DNA from: Bythopirellula sp.
GTDB lineage: Bacteria > Planctomycetota > Planctomycetia > Pirellulales > Lacipirellulaceae
Length of the DNA: 64,000 nucleotides
Direction: 5' to 3'
Assembly (NCBI GenBank): GCA_965216565.1
Contig: OZ244170.1
Coordinates: 4,896,001-4,960,000 of the forward strand
How positions within the stretch are numbered: the first letter of the stretch is position 1; the number at the start of each line of letters is the position of its first letter. A model generated the notes under the pieces. The model was not told the DNA's origin and searched no databases. It saw only the letters and a list, made by a program, of their open reading frames with translations. Position numbers and translations under genes: made by a program. Of this stretch, positions 9,452 through 20,006 are shown piece after piece.

Positions 9452-10600
9452 ATGATGCTATCTCTGTCTACGCCCAGGCGTCGTGGTTTTACGCTTGTCG
9501 AGTTATTAGTTGTCATCGCCATCATCGGTGTTCTGGTGGCACTATTACTCCCCGCGGTGCAAGCCGCTCGCGAGGCGGCACGTCGCACGCAGTGCATCAA
9601 CAACTTGCACAACTTGGGTCTCTCGGTGCAAAACTACGAAAGCACCCACAAGACCATCCCGCCTTCGGAAGTCCGGGAAGGCCTTGATGCAACCAGCTTC
9701 GAGGATGGTACCGGTGCCAGCAGCCGACGAGTTAAAACCCTATTCAGCTGGGTGACCTTATTGATGCCTTACATTGAAGAGGCCAATACATTCAACGTCA
9801 CCGATTGGCGAGTTCGGCTGGAAGAACGAAACCGCAACGACGATACTTCTCATCACATCGTGCTGAGTGTTTTTTCCTGTCCGTCGGAAGCCAACCAAGC
9901 ATCCGAGATTGGTGTCGTTAACGACTTTTACGGTGCCCGCGGCAACTATGTAGCGAATTCCGGGCGAGGGTACTACTACGCCAAAGACCTCACGCCGCAG
10001 CAGGCAATTGGGAATTGGGAAGACTCGGTTAGGTCGAACCCCAACCTCAACCCTTTATCAGTACGTCCGGCGATAGGCAGAGTTCACATGACCGGATTAG
10101 GGGCCTTTGTGGTTTCGGGACTAGTTTCCCAACCAAATGCAAATGCCGACGACCCGGTTACGGGCCGCGCAAAAGGCAGAAAGCTAAGCGAATTCACCGA
10201 CGGCACAAGTAACACGGCAGCAATCAGCGAACTAAGCTTGGTGCCGGACAGAGATACCCGAGGAGCCATGCATTTCGGTCCCGGCGCACTGTACATGCAC
10301 GATTGGCCGCCTAATGCCGCCATCGGTCAACGCAACCAATATAATGGCTTGCAGATTCAAGACTGGACACGGTACTGTGCCAATGATGTTGCCGAGAGCT
10401 TTGCTCCCTGTCGGGCAACTTCGGCAGGCGACTGGAGCGGACTTTGGCATCAGCTTGCCCGTAGTTACCACACCGGCGGCGTCGTCGTAGCCATGGCAGA
10501 CGCTTCCACTCAATTCGTTTCCGACGATATTGATGTCTTTGCCTGGCACGCACTGGCAAGTCCCAACGGCGAGGAACTCGTCGACGCAAGCCAGTTCTGA
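9452..10600 (+). CDS. DUF1559 domain protein with prepilin-type N-terminal cleavage/methylation motif
   Basis: [56 protein letters not shown]. Confidence 0.95.
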   Translation: MMLSLSTPRRRGFTLVELLVVIAIIGVLVALLLPAVQAAREAARRTQCINNLHNLGLSVQNYESTHKTIPPSEVREGLDATSFEDGTGASSRRVKTLFSWVTLLMPYIEEANTFNVTDWRVRLEERNRNDDTSHHIVLSVFSCPSEANQASEIGVVNDFYGARGNYVANSGRGYYYAKDLTPQQAIGNWEDSVRSNPNLNPLSVRPAIGRVHMTGLGAFVVSGLVSQPNANADDPVTGRAKGRKLSEFTDGTSNTAAISELSLVPDRDTRGAMHFGPGALYMHDWPPNAAIGQRNQYNGLQIQDWTRYCANDVAESFAPCRATSAGDWSGLWHQLARSYHTGGVVVAMADASTQFVSDDIDVFAWHALASPNGEELVDASQF

Positions 10601-10698
10601 TCACCTCGGTTTCAATGGGCCACCTTCAAAGCCGAATTGTGTCGGACACCGTCTGATGCGTATCAGGTTTCTCACTTTTGGAAAAAGGCAAATCACAA

Positions 10699-11133
10699 GT
10701 GATACGGATAGTTGCTTGCTTCTTTATTCTCTTCACCTGCGGGTGCGGTCCTAGCGGCCCCGAACAGTTTGCCATTAGCGGCCAGGTAACCTACGACGGC
10801 CAACCCGTCGACAATGGCGACATTGGTTTCATACCCGGCGATGGTTCCGCGGCGAAAACGGTTGGTGCAGACTTGGTCGATGGCCGATACGAAGTGCCCG
10901 CGTACGAAGGCCCGCAAGCCGGCAAATACAAGGTAGTGATCTTCGCCGAACGGCCCAATGGTCGCAGAGTCCAAGCCGACGAAGGAAGCGACGAAATGAT
11001 CGACCAAATGGAGCAGTACATACCGGACCAATACAACGCGAAGTCCACACTCTCGGTAGAGATATCCAGCAACCGAGAAGACCTCGACTTCCAACTAGAA
11101 AAGCCAAAACGAGGCAAACGAAACCGTCGCTAA
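10699..11133 (+). CDS. Lipoprotein with carboxypeptidase-regulatory-like fold (usual DUF1559 partner)
   Basis: Lipobox-like TCGC; ISGQVTYDGQPV, GRY, GKYKV, IPDQYN motifs. Confidence 0.85.
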   Translation: MIRIVACFFILFTCGCGPSGPEQFAISGQVTYDGQPVDNGDIGFIPGDGSAAKTVGADLVDGRYEVPAYEGPQAGKYKVVIFAERPNGRRVQADEGSDEMIDQMEQYIPDQYNAKSTLSVEISSNREDLDFQLEKPKRGKRNRR

Positions 11134-11163
11134 AAAGAGCTGCCACAGTAGCATGAGAAGAAG

Positions 11164-11236
11164 TGCTCCCTCTAGGACTCGAACCTAGAACCTATTGATT
11201 AAGAGTCAATTGCTCTGCCAATTGAGCTAAGGGAGC
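11164..11236 (-). tRNA. tRNA-Lys(CTT), CCA not encoded
   Basis: GCTCCCTTAGCTCAATTGGCAGAGC; anticodon arm ATTGA-CTCTTAA-TCAAT; GGTTCGAGTCC T-arm. Confidence 0.95.
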
Positions 11237-11542
11237 TGCCGATGTCTTGGGCATTGTAACCGACTGCCCCGATCGGCTTCTAGCCCCCGTTTCTACAGGT
11301 TCTTTGGTCCCTCGCCGCGAGGCTCGGGACCCTTTGCGGTGCTTCTTTGCTTGCTTCCCGGTGCGCTTCGTCAATTCGCCTTCTGCCTTGATGGCCAGCG
11401 CGTGGACTTGTCGGGACTAGCCTCGGTTCTAGAGTACGTGCTGTAGGGAATGCGACTAATGGTGTTTCTAATCAAATTGGCTGTGTAGCCTAGCGACAGT
11501 TTTAACGATAAGCGAAACCCAATCTGCGGATTTGGACAATCT

Positions 11543-12142
11543 ATGAGCAAGAAAAAGATGTCAACCATTATCGTCTTCGGCTTTGCCTTCCTCTTGATCT
11601 ATCTGGCTTGGAAGAACTTTACCAGGCAGGGTTACGAGTCGGCAGAGTACAGTGTCGTCGAATCGGCAGGGGCTTTCGAGATTCGTAAGTACCCGGACTT
11701 AGTGCTTGTCAAAACCAAAATGAAACCATCTAGCCAGGGCGATGATGGCGGATTTATGAAGCTATTCGGATATATCAGCGGTGAAAACGAAGCAGAAGAA
11801 AAGATCGCAATGACTACCCCGGTTTTTATGGAGCAACCCTCAGAAAACAGTGCGGGGTCGATGGGGTTTGTAATGCCGAGCAGTCAAGCAGATTCTGTAC
11901 CCAAGCCTACCAATGAGGACGTCCGTGTTGGTCGACGCGAAGGGGGCCTGTTCGCCGTTTATCGGTTTGCAGGGGAAATGGACGACGCGTCGCTGGCCTC
12001 TGCTGAGCAAAAATTGAGAGAATGGATCAAGAGTAAAGATCTTCGGCCAGTTGGCAACGCAGAACGGGCGGGTTACGATCCGCCATTCACGCCCGGTTTT
12101 CTACGACGTAATGAAATACTGGTCCGCCTGGAACAGAAGTGA
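11543..12142 (+). CDS. SOUL heme-binding family protein
   Basis: FEIRKYP, FMKLFGYISGEN, KIAMTTPV, YDPPFTP..RRNEI. Confidence 0.9.
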   Translation: MSKKKMSTIIVFGFAFLLIYLAWKNFTRQGYESAEYSVVESAGAFEIRKYPDLVLVKTKMKPSSQGDDGGFMKLFGYISGENEAEEKIAMTTPVFMEQPSENSAGSMGFVMPSSQADSVPKPTNEDVRVGRREGGLFAVYRFAGEMDDASLASAEQKLREWIKSKDLRPVGNAERAGYDPPFTPGFLRRNEILVRLEQK

Positions 12143-12167
12143 GAGCTCGCTTGTAGCAAATGGCTAG

Positions 12168-12295
12168 AAGCAGTTTCAAAAACCGAATACAGTTCTATGT
12201 GAGCCGAACGCGCTAGCGTCGGGTAGCACTAGAACAACACTTAGAATACGCTACCCGCGGCTAGCGCCGCCGGCTCATTGATTTGTAAACTGCTT
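12168..12295. repeat. REP/REPIN-like inverted repeat pair with outer inverted flanks
   Basis: Arms 12200-12227 TGAGCCGAACGCGCTAGCGTCGGGTAGC and 12250-12277 GCTACCCGCGGCTAGCGCCGCCGGCTCA; outer AAGCAGTTTCAAA and TTTGTAAACTGCTT. Confidence 0.8.
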
Positions 12296-13453
12296 TTAGT
12301 CGATGCGCGACATGCGGCGGACGAAGTCGTCTCGGAGAGCCTCGTAATCGTCGCCGAAGTGTTTCTGAAAATCGGCAAGACGTGTTTGGGGTTTATCCAC
12401 GGCTAGCTGAGGTTTTTCGCTTATCGTCTTGAGATAGGCCACGTACTTTTCCGGGTGCCATTTGATTAAGAAATAAGTCCACGCCCAGGCCTCGGCATAG
12501 GCATCCACCGCGGTGCGCGAGGTTGAGATCCGCTCGTCGTTGGCGATCAGACTACGGAGATCGCCCGCTTTTCCGTTATTCGCGTTCTGGCGGAATCGAT
12601 CCCACCGGGAATAGTTCACTTTGCCAATGCCCGTCCAACTGCGGTTGCTCTTGAGGTCGGGCGTTTCGAAGAACACGGCCAAACCTTCGCTCAACCAGGC
12701 CGGGTTGTCTGCCAGGCGTTTTTGCAATCCGCTGTTGTACGAAATCTGATGGGTGGCTTCGTGGACGATCGTTGCGACCAACGGCTCGGCAGCCCGTTGG
12801 GATAAGAGCCGCGAGATATCGTGCATCGATCCACGTCGGCTGTTTTGCTTGCGGAGTTGCTGCATGCCGGTGAGATCGTACATGGCGATGCGATTTGTCA
12901 GAATACTGTAATAGCCGATGGCGTTGCCGAGCCCGGTACCGAGCTCCGCTTTCGCATAGCGTTCGTACGATTGGCGATCGCTAAACACGAGTACCACCAA
13001 GGGCTCTTCGGGCTCGTGAACGTCGCAACCTTTTTTCTTCCAGTAGGCGATGAATGCTTTCTGCAGACGTTCTAAGAGAGAGCTGCACCACTTGGCATAG
13101 GTGCGGGTGGTGTTGTACGCGATCACGTAGTGCTTAGATTCATGGATTTGAAACCCGGTGCCAAATTCATCGAGCAGCCGCTCGGCAAGCTGCTCCTTGT
13201 CGAGCCGCTCGAATGGTTCGGAGTCGCTCGTGCGTTTCTTCAGGTCGTGGACGTGGATCGGCCATAGACCTCCTTCGTCGGACTCTAGCAGCACACTGCC
13301 GGCCGAATCTTCTACAAGCACTTTGCCCTTGAGTTCGAGCTGATGACCACGAACGTTGGCCAACACATGTTCAACGGCGCGAACCGAGACGCAGGGCCCG
13401 AGCACGATGCCGACACTCACTAAGCCGAGAAGGACTAGGTTTCCAAACTTCAT
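12296..13453 (-). CDS. DUF1570-like exported protein with HExxH motif
   Basis: Signal peptide; TIVHEATHQ, PAWLSEGLAVFFE, YAEAWA. Confidence 0.8.
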   Translation of the reverse strand: MKFGNLVLLGLVSVGIVLGPCVSVRAVEHVLANVRGHQLELKGKVLVEDSAGSVLLESDEGGLWPIHVHDLKKRTSDSEPFERLDKEQLAERLLDEFGTGFQIHESKHYVIAYNTTRTYAKWCSSLLERLQKAFIAYWKKKGCDVHEPEEPLVVLVFSDRQSYERYAKAELGTGLGNAIGYYSILTNRIAMYDLTGMQQLRKQNSRRGSMHDISRLLSQRAAEPLVATIVHEATHQISYNSGLQKRLADNPAWLSEGLAVFFETPDLKSNRSWTGIGKVNYSRWDRFRQNANNGKAGDLRSLIANDERISTSRTAVDAYAEAWAWTYFLIKWHPEKYVAYLKTISEKPQLAVDKPQTRLADFQKHFGDDYEALRDDFVRRMSRID

Positions 13454-13470
13454 GCCACGATCGGGAGGAA

Positions 13471-14595
13471 TCAATAGTCGGAGTCAGATAGTGGAGGCTG
13501 GGTGAAGAATTGATTCATAACATCATTCTGCGCAGAAGTTTGTCCATGATACTGCGCTTTACGACCATTCGGCGTCATCAGTTGCTGGTACACGCGGTAT
13601 TCGATTCCATTAGAAATCGATTTCACATTGCCACCGGCAAACGCGGCATTGAACAAGTCGTTGTGCTCACTAGCCGGCCTCGCGAAGACTTGACCCAACG
13701 CTGTGTATCCATTTCGAGGCTCTTCCGTGACTCGACCAATCCGTTCTTGGATACGTGCGCTAGGATCGTTGGGGCTATTGGGTGCGTAAACCCAAACCAT
13801 TCCGAAGGGCTGCTCTGTCTGTTGTGCAACTTCTCGGGTCACTGAGCCCTGGTAGAACGCAGAGGACCGAAGCCAAGATATGTTGACGATGTCAAAACCT
13901 ACTTCGTCTTTGTTAGAATTCTCAGAGATCATCAGTGTGTTGGCAGCTCCGTCTTTGACGTCCGCGGTGCGAACTTTTGGGCCCTTCATGTCTTGAGGGT
14001 TGCTGTCCTGAGTCAACTGATTGTGGCACAGCCCATTGGTGGAGTAATCGCTAGCGGGAACATTGGAACTGGGCGCCCAATCTGGGATGCCTGAATTCAC
14101 TACATAGTGCAACGCAGCCGAGTCGGCTTGCGCTGACCGATTACTGGGACAAAGGTAAACGTCTAATTGCGGCAATCCTACGTCAGGCCCGGTGCCGGCA
14201 TCTGTTTGCAGCTGTAACTCGCCTGCCAGCAAGGAGTCCCAAAGGGTCTGGTTGTCCATTTGAGGAAGCAAGCGTGCAGCCCAGCTAATGTCGACGTCAC
14301 GAACATTGGATGTCAGCGGATAGAGGTCAGCGGAGTTGGAATCGATTCTACGAGTTTGCAGCATAGCGGGATAAACGCCATCACCACTCGAGGTAAAGCT
14401 GACCATCGCCTTGGCCATTTGGCTCAAGTTGTTAGCACATTGATTTTGCCAGGCTCGTTCTCGTGCTGCGTTCACCGCCGGCAACAACAGTCCCATGAGT
14501 AGCCCGATGATGGTGATGACCACCAGCAATTCGACGAGCGTGAAACCTGCTCTGCTCTTGGGAATCGAAGTTTGATGATTGAGGGAGTGCGTCAT
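13471..14595 (-). CDS. DUF1559 domain prepilin-type protein
   Basis: [48 protein letters not shown] upstream. Confidence 0.9.
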   Translation of the reverse strand: MTHSLNHQTSIPKSRAGFTLVELLVVITIIGLLMGLLLPAVNAARERAWQNQCANNLSQMAKAMVSFTSSGDGVYPAMLQTRRIDSNSADLYPLTSNVRDVDISWAARLLPQMDNQTLWDSLLAGELQLQTDAGTGPDVGLPQLDVYLCPSNRSAQADSAALHYVVNSGIPDWAPSSNVPASDYSTNGLCHNQLTQDSNPQDMKGPKVRTADVKDGAANTLMISENSNKDEVGFDIVNISWLRSSAFYQGSVTREVAQQTEQPFGMVWVYAPNSPNDPSARIQERIGRVTEEPRNGYTALGQVFARPASEHNDLFNAAFAGGNVKSISNGIEYRVYQQLMTPNGRKAQYHGQTSAQNDVMNQFFTQPPLSDSDY

Positions 14596-14759
14596 CGAAA
14601 AGACCTCCTCGCGAAAAGCGAATGTTCTGTTCCACCACCTAGATCAAGCCTCGTCAGAACCGATAGTGAAAACCGGTAGAGCTAGGTGTCATTTGTTCTA
14701 CCTCCAATTATCACCGAAAACAGGCAAAAATACCAGCATCGGTCCAGAGAGACTGTAGA

Positions 14760-14893
14760 CTTCGAGGCTTAGGGACTTTGAGGGTGGGTGTTGACAGCGG
14801 AATCTAGTGCAAACCGTTTTCTCGAGCTTTTGCGACTCCTCGTCTGAAAAGCGAGGAATCAATGCCTTGTGCCCCTCGTAGCCTCAAAGCCTC
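14760..14893. repeat. Inverted pair of degenerate short periodic repeats
   Basis: CTTCGAGGCTTAGGGACTTTGAGGG near 14760 and CCCCTCGTAGCCTCAAAGCCTC near 14872; similar GAGGCTGGGAGGCTTTGAGGC near 28910. Confidence 0.4.
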
Positions 14894-14911
14894 CGGTCTC
14901 GAACCCCGCTA

Positions 14912-16495
14912 TTAATGTCTGAAATGCCGTTGCCCGGTGAAGATCATGGGCAGGCCATGCTTGTTGCAAGCAGCGATCACTTCGTCGTCGCGACGCGAGC
15001 CACCGGGCTGAATCACTGCCACGATACCGGCCTCGGCCGCCAGGTGAATGGAATCGTCAAAGGGGAAGAAGGCATCGGAGGCAAGCACGGCCCCCTGGGT
15101 ACGCTCGCCCGCTTTCTCGATTGCAATATTCACCGCATCGACTCGGCTCATTTGTCCAGCTCCTACGCCAACCAAGGCACAGTCGCTGGCGAGCACGATG
15201 GCATTCGACTTCACATGGCGACATGCAGCCCAGGCAAATTCTAGGTCGGCCGACAGCGTGTCGGAAGGCTTGGCCTCGGTGACTACTTGCCAGTCACCGC
15301 GGTCCTCGTCTTTGTCGTCGGCCGATTGGCACAACATGCCCCCGTCGATTTGGCGGTACTGGTTCGTCCCTTGGCCGGGCGAAAGCTGCCCAACCCGCAG
15401 CAGCCGGACGTTCGCTTTCCACTTGGGTTTTGTGGTGAGAACTTCCAGGCCCTCGGGCGTGAAGTCGGGGGCCACGATGGCCTCGACAAATCGGCCTGGT
15501 TCGGCCAATAGCTCGGCAAGCGGACCATCCACAGGTACGTTGACGCCGAGGACCGAGCCGAACGCACTTACCGGGTCGCCCTCCCAAGCCTTGCGACCTG
15601 CTTCGACCAAAGTGTCGGCCGTGGCGGCTCCGCAAGGATTATTGTGTTTCAAGACAGCCACTGCCGGCGAGGGCAACGAACGGGCGATGGCCAAAGCAGC
15701 ATCGAGATCAAGCAGATTATTGTAAGACAGTTCTTTGCCATTAAGCTGCTCGGCGTGAACCAAACTTTTAGAATCGGCATCGGCAAACGTGTACAGAGCT
15801 GCCGCTTGGTGAGGATTCTCTCCATACCTTAGGGTAGACTTCCGCTCCAGTTGGAGAGAAATCGCAGCGGGAAACTCATCACCCTTAGTCGCGGCATCGG
15901 CGTTCACATGCTGTGTGAAATAGCGGGCGATGGCGGCATCGTACTCCGCAGTGCGACGAAAGGCGGCTCCTGCCAATTGTTTTCTAGTGGTGAGTGTCGT
16001 CGCGCCTTCGGCCTCGATTTCAGCTTGGACTTGTTCGTATTGCGAAGGATCGGTAACGATCGTAACGAATTCGTGATTCTTCGCCGCAGAGCGAACCATC
16101 GAGGGGCCGCCAATGTCGATTTGCTCGATCGCCTCGGGAATTGTGACCTCCGGCTGGGCCACTGTCTCTTCGAACGGATAGAGATTTACCACCACGAGGT
16201 CGAGCATCTCGATACCATGCTCTTCTGCGGACGCCGTGTGCTGCGGATTGTCGCGTCGGCAGAGTAGCCCGCCATGCACTTTCGGATGCAGCGTCTTCAC
16301 GCGACCATCCATCATCTCTGGGAAACCGGTGTAGTCGGCAATATCGCAGACCTCGATGCCCGCTTGTTGAAGATGCTTGCTGGTGCCACCGGTGCTGTAG
16401 ATGGTGATGCCAGCGGTGGCCAGGGCTTTGCCAAATTCAGCCAGCCCCGACTTATCACTGACGCTGATTAAGGCTCGTTTGATTGTGGTAGGCAA
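14912..16495 (-). CDS. purH: Bifunctional AICAR formyltransferase/IMP cyclohydrolase
   Basis: [41 protein letters not shown] start. Confidence 0.97.
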   Translation of the reverse strand: MPTTIKRALISVSDKSGLAEFGKALATAGITIYSTGGTSKHLQQAGIEVCDIADYTGFPEMMDGRVKTLHPKVHGGLLCRRDNPQHTASAEEHGIEMLDLVVVNLYPFEETVAQPEVTIPEAIEQIDIGGPSMVRSAAKNHEFVTIVTDPSQYEQVQAEIEAEGATTLTTRKQLAGAAFRRTAEYDAAIARYFTQHVNADAATKGDEFPAAISLQLERKSTLRYGENPHQAAALYTFADADSKSLVHAEQLNGKELSYNNLLDLDAALAIARSLPSPAVAVLKHNNPCGAATADTLVEAGRKAWEGDPVSAFGSVLGVNVPVDGPLAELLAEPGRFVEAIVAPDFTPEGLEVLTTKPKWKANVRLLRVGQLSPGQGTNQYRQIDGGMLCQSADDKDEDRGDWQVVTEAKPSDTLSADLEFAWAACRHVKSNAIVLASDCALVGVGAGQMSRVDAVNIAIEKAGERTQGAVLASDAFFPFDDSIHLAAEAGIVAVIQPGGSRRDDEVIAACNKHGLPMIFTGQRHFRH

Positions 16496-16596
16496 GGTAC
16501 TTTTTCATAGGTGGGTAGCGGAAAGACGAACTCCTTCCAGCAACGATAACAAGTCTGCTAAGTACTGGGAATGAGTGAGTGTCATCGAACGCAATT

Positions 16597-16762
16597 ATCT
16601 GAACCGTCGGCGCTAGCCAAGGGTTACTTCTAAGACCGTCCACACGAAAACGCTCCGTTCAAATGTGGCAGTGTCGGCGGGCAGATCGAGGCGGCGTCGG
16701 ATAACTAAGTTGCAATAATCGAGCCCGAATTACCCGCGGCTAGCGCCGTCGGCTCACAGATT
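16597..16762. repeat. Second REP/REPIN-like inverted pair, same family as 12200-12277
   Basis: TCTGAACCGTCGGCGCTAGCCAAGGGT near 16598 and TACCCGCGGCTAGCGCCGTCGGCTCACAGA at 16731-16760. Confidence 0.75.
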
Positions 16763-17240
16763 AAGCCTGTTTTTTCGCGCTGAATACGAACTCAAAATTG
16801 ATTCTTGCGTATAATACTGTTAAGTGCCCGGAACTACGATTTCCTGGGCTTATCAGCAGGATGCTCTCCTCCTCGAATCACTTGGTCTGGCTACCCGCTT
16901 CATGTGGCACAGCTACGACCACCGGAACAGTCGATACGAACGATTTTCGCGCTGGATCCGATCGAAAACTTGCGACCGATTCCCGAGGCTAATCATAGCG
17001 CCGGATGTGACGATCGCAGGGGCCCCCTCTACAAAACTAGAGGAAAACACCCCAGCAAGTTTTTTGACGGGTCCCAAATGGTGTCCTATATTCAATTTGG
17101 GTAGCAAAACAGACCCCGTTTGCTCCCAGTACGCACCAGGCGCGGTGACCCCTCGGCTCCCGGTGCGTATTCTCGCCGCTTTAAGCAGGCGCCACCAGCG
17201 CAAGCGACTCGAACCTCCCCACATACGTAGCGAGCATCAG

Positions 17241-18938
17241 ATGCAATCACGGGTCTCCGCGCGTCCTATTAAAACGTCGAGTCAAGCCGGCGCCCTCGTG
17301 GCTTGCCTGACGCTAGCGATGTTGTTTGGTCAGCTGACTAAACAGGCACATGCGCAATTCACCTCCGCGCCTTCAACCGAACAGGTTTCGATCTTTCCCG
17401 AACCTGCTGCCTTCGATGGCATCGACGACGTCTTGGCGAAGGGGCTGCAGCTTGAAACCAATAAGCGCTGGGGCGAAGCACTCACCCATTACGAAGACGC
17501 GCTCCGATTGCACCGTGAAAACGATTCCATCCGCAAGCGTCACGACATGGCTAAGCTGCACTACAGCTTAGAGCGACGCTACCACGACCGCAGTTTCCTG
17601 CGTTCGGTCTCTGCCCTGAACAAGCGGCAAGCGATGTCCCTGCTTTCTGAATTGTTACAGAAGACCAATAGCCACTACGTCAATACACCACCTTGGCGGC
17701 AGCTTGCAGTGCGGGGTGTTAATGCCATCGACGTGGCACTAAGAGACAGAGAGTTTATCTCCGCCAATCGGATTTCCGCTGCCTCGGGTCAAGTCGAGCA
17801 GATGCGGCGTCAAATGTCTCAGCTTTTGAGCCAACGACCCATTAAGAGTTCACGCGAACTTGTGCAGCTTGCCGACGATATTTCGCGGATCGGCGAGCAA
17901 CGCGTCAACCTGAAACCCGTGGCTACCTTGCTCGAGTTCATCACCGCTGCCGCCAATGGCTTGGACAACTATTCCTCGTATCTAACTTCCGATCAACTGC
18001 GAGAAGTTTATTCTCAAATTGAAGGCAACTTTGTTGGCTTGGGAGTGGAACTCAAAGCAGACAACGGAGCTTTGCTGATCGTTCACGTGATCCCGGGTAG
18101 CCCTGCCGAACGGGCAGGCATCCTATCCAAAGATCGAATCGTTGCCGTCGACGGCAACAGCACCGCGAAGATGTCGACCGATGAAGCCGCTTCCATGCTG
18201 ACCGGCGCGGAAGGCACTTGGGTGCGGGTCTCGGTTTACACCCCAGGCGAGCATCCGCGAGTACTCAACGTACGCCGCGAGCATGTAGAAGTACCGAGCT
18301 TGGAGAACGTGAAAATCGTTGACGAAGATTTTGGCATCGCCTACGTCCGCGTCCCTACATTCCAGAAAACTACCAGTCGCGATTTGGAAGCGGCCCTGTG
18401 GGACCTCCATCGCAAGGGCATGAAATCGCTGATCCTGGATTTACGCGGCAATCCGGGCGGCTTGTTGACTTCGTCTGTCGAAGTTGCAGACAAGTTTCTC
18501 ACTCAAGGAAATATTGTCTCCACGCGGGGCCGGAGCCCTCAGGAAGACTTTAACTACCAGGCACACTACGGCGGCACCTGGCGTGTTCCCTTGGTGGTAC
18601 TGATTGACAAAGATAGTGCCAGTGCCAGCGAGATCTTCGCTGCCGCCATCAAAGAGAATCATCGCGGCCAGATTGTTGGCGAAACCTCCTTCGGCAAGGG
18701 CTCAGTTCAAGGTATTTTCCCCCTTGGCTTTGCAGGGGCCGGCATCCGTCTGACCACTGCCAAGTTCTATTCACCGCACGGCAATCCGATTAGCAATCAC
18801 GGTGTTGATCCCGACGAGCAGCGTCACGTGGTTGCCCGACCCGTGGGGGCGAATGTCGCAAATCTCTCCAATGATGCAGACGACGACATCCTGCAACGCG
18901 GTATTGAGGCTGCTCGCAGCCGAATTGCAGCCCGCTAA
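17241..18938 (+). CDS. S41 carboxyl-terminal processing protease with PDZ domain
   Basis: FVGLGV, GSPAERAGI, LILDLRGNPGG, SASASEI, SFGKGSVQ; signal-like segment after ATG 17241. Confidence 0.9.
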   Translation: MQSRVSARPIKTSSQAGALVACLTLAMLFGQLTKQAHAQFTSAPSTEQVSIFPEPAAFDGIDDVLAKGLQLETNKRWGEALTHYEDALRLHRENDSIRKRHDMAKLHYSLERRYHDRSFLRSVSALNKRQAMSLLSELLQKTNSHYVNTPPWRQLAVRGVNAIDVALRDREFISANRISAASGQVEQMRRQMSQLLSQRPIKSSRELVQLADDISRIGEQRVNLKPVATLLEFITAAANGLDNYSSYLTSDQLREVYSQIEGNFVGLGVELKADNGALLIVHVIPGSPAERAGILSKDRIVAVDGNSTAKMSTDEAASMLTGAEGTWVRVSVYTPGEHPRVLNVRREHVEVPSLENVKIVDEDFGIAYVRVPTFQKTTSRDLEAALWDLHRKGMKSLILDLRGNPGGLLTSSVEVADKFLTQGNIVSTRGRSPQEDFNYQAHYGGTWRVPLVVLIDKDSASASEIFAAAIKENHRGQIVGETSFGKGSVQGIFPLGFAGAGIRLTTAKFYSPHGNPISNHGVDPDEQRHVVARPVGANVANLSNDADDDILQRGIEAARSRIAAR

Positions 18939-19109
18939 TTAGGTGCTTTGGCCTCCCGTTGACGAGCCAGTTGGGAACGTCGATACTAGGGGCCTAGGCT
19001 TTTCAGCTTCATCGAAGCCTGAAAGCCTGATTCTCTCCCTGGGGGCGTGGTCTCCCAGATTCCGCTGCTATTGTCTGCCTCAACGAGTGAGGCGCGAACG
19101 GGAGGCCCC

Positions 19110-19586
19110 ATGGCCTACGACGAAGAAGAAGATTTATTTGACCAAGAGTTCGACTTTGTGGACGATGACGATTCCGATTTGGAAGACGGCGAGACTGCCG
19201 ATGCCAACGACGATTCGTCCGACATAGAACCCGAACCTGAAGTCGAGCCCAAGAAGCGTCCCCCCCGTAAGAAACGTGGCGGTTCGAAATCTAAATCGGA
19301 AAACCGCAACAGCAAGCGCAAGCCTAAGCCTGCGGCTTCAGAAGACGAGTCTGAGTCTAGCGAGGAATCCTCTGAAGAAGAGGAGAAACCCGCCAAAGAT
19401 CCCGGTCCGCCTGCCGACCACGTAGTTTTCGTCTATGAGCATGGCGACTACAAGCGTACTATCCAGCGCGAATTTACTGACGAAGACGCAATCAAGTTTT
19501 CCGAGGAATACAATCGCACCGCCAAGGCCCACGGCCGGCGTGCCGTTCCCGCTGAGCGCGACGAAGAGCCTGAGCCGCATTTGTAG
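19110..19586 (+). CDS. Hypothetical protein with acidic/basic disordered N-terminus and small C-terminal domain
   Basis: GGAGG at 19101; ORF MAYDEEED...HVVFVYEHGDYKRTIQREF. Confidence 0.7.
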   Translation: MAYDEEEDLFDQEFDFVDDDDSDLEDGETADANDDSSDIEPEPEVEPKKRPPRKKRGGSKSKSENRNSKRKPKPAASEDESESSEESSEEEEKPAKDPGPPADHVVFVYEHGDYKRTIQREFTDEDAIKFSEEYNRTAKAHGRRAVPAERDEEPEPHL

Positions 19587-20006
19587 GGATGACTCTAACA
19601 GCGACGCCTACCTTGTGCCTGGGCCTCCTGGTCACAGATGGCGCCCCCTTCTTCTGAACATCCATCGGGTCCTTGCCTGGTTCCTGCTGCATTTTGCAGT
19701 GGCCGCGTGGAACCAATTTGCCAATAAAACCGTCTCAACCTGTATAATGCCGTGGTGAGAGAGGGACCTCGAAGATTGAGTTTTTTTTGGCTGGAAGTCG
19801 CGACTGGCAAGGCCGTCGCAATCGGCCCGCATGACTAAGAAAACCCGCGGGATAAGGGCCGATGATACTTTTCTGCGCGCTGTACGTGGTACGTTCCTAA
19901 TGGCCTCTTTGAGGTACACAATTACGGTATCCAACATTCAGCGGCCAGCTCGGCCGACTTCCTGACCGAACAGACTCGTGACGACGAGCCATTTCGAGGT
20001 GACATA

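Noticed and set aside
11164..11236. Integrative element at tRNA-Lys (also considered for tRNA-Ala)
   Set aside because: No integrase and no duplicated tRNA 3' end seen in the window
12200..12277. CRISPR repeats
   Set aside because: Inverted pair rather than spaced direct repeats; no cas genes
16496..16730. ZMP/ZTP riboswitch upstream of purH
   Set aside because: Conserved motifs not recognised; region is explained by the REP-like pair; cmsearch would settle it
16824..17240. N-terminal extension of the S41 peptidase in the ORF track
   Set aside because: Signal-like segment follows ATG 17241; the extension looks non-coding
19587..19940. tmRNA or other ncRNA near smpB
   Set aside because: One hairpin near 19678-19713, but no tRNA-like 3' end or tag reading frame
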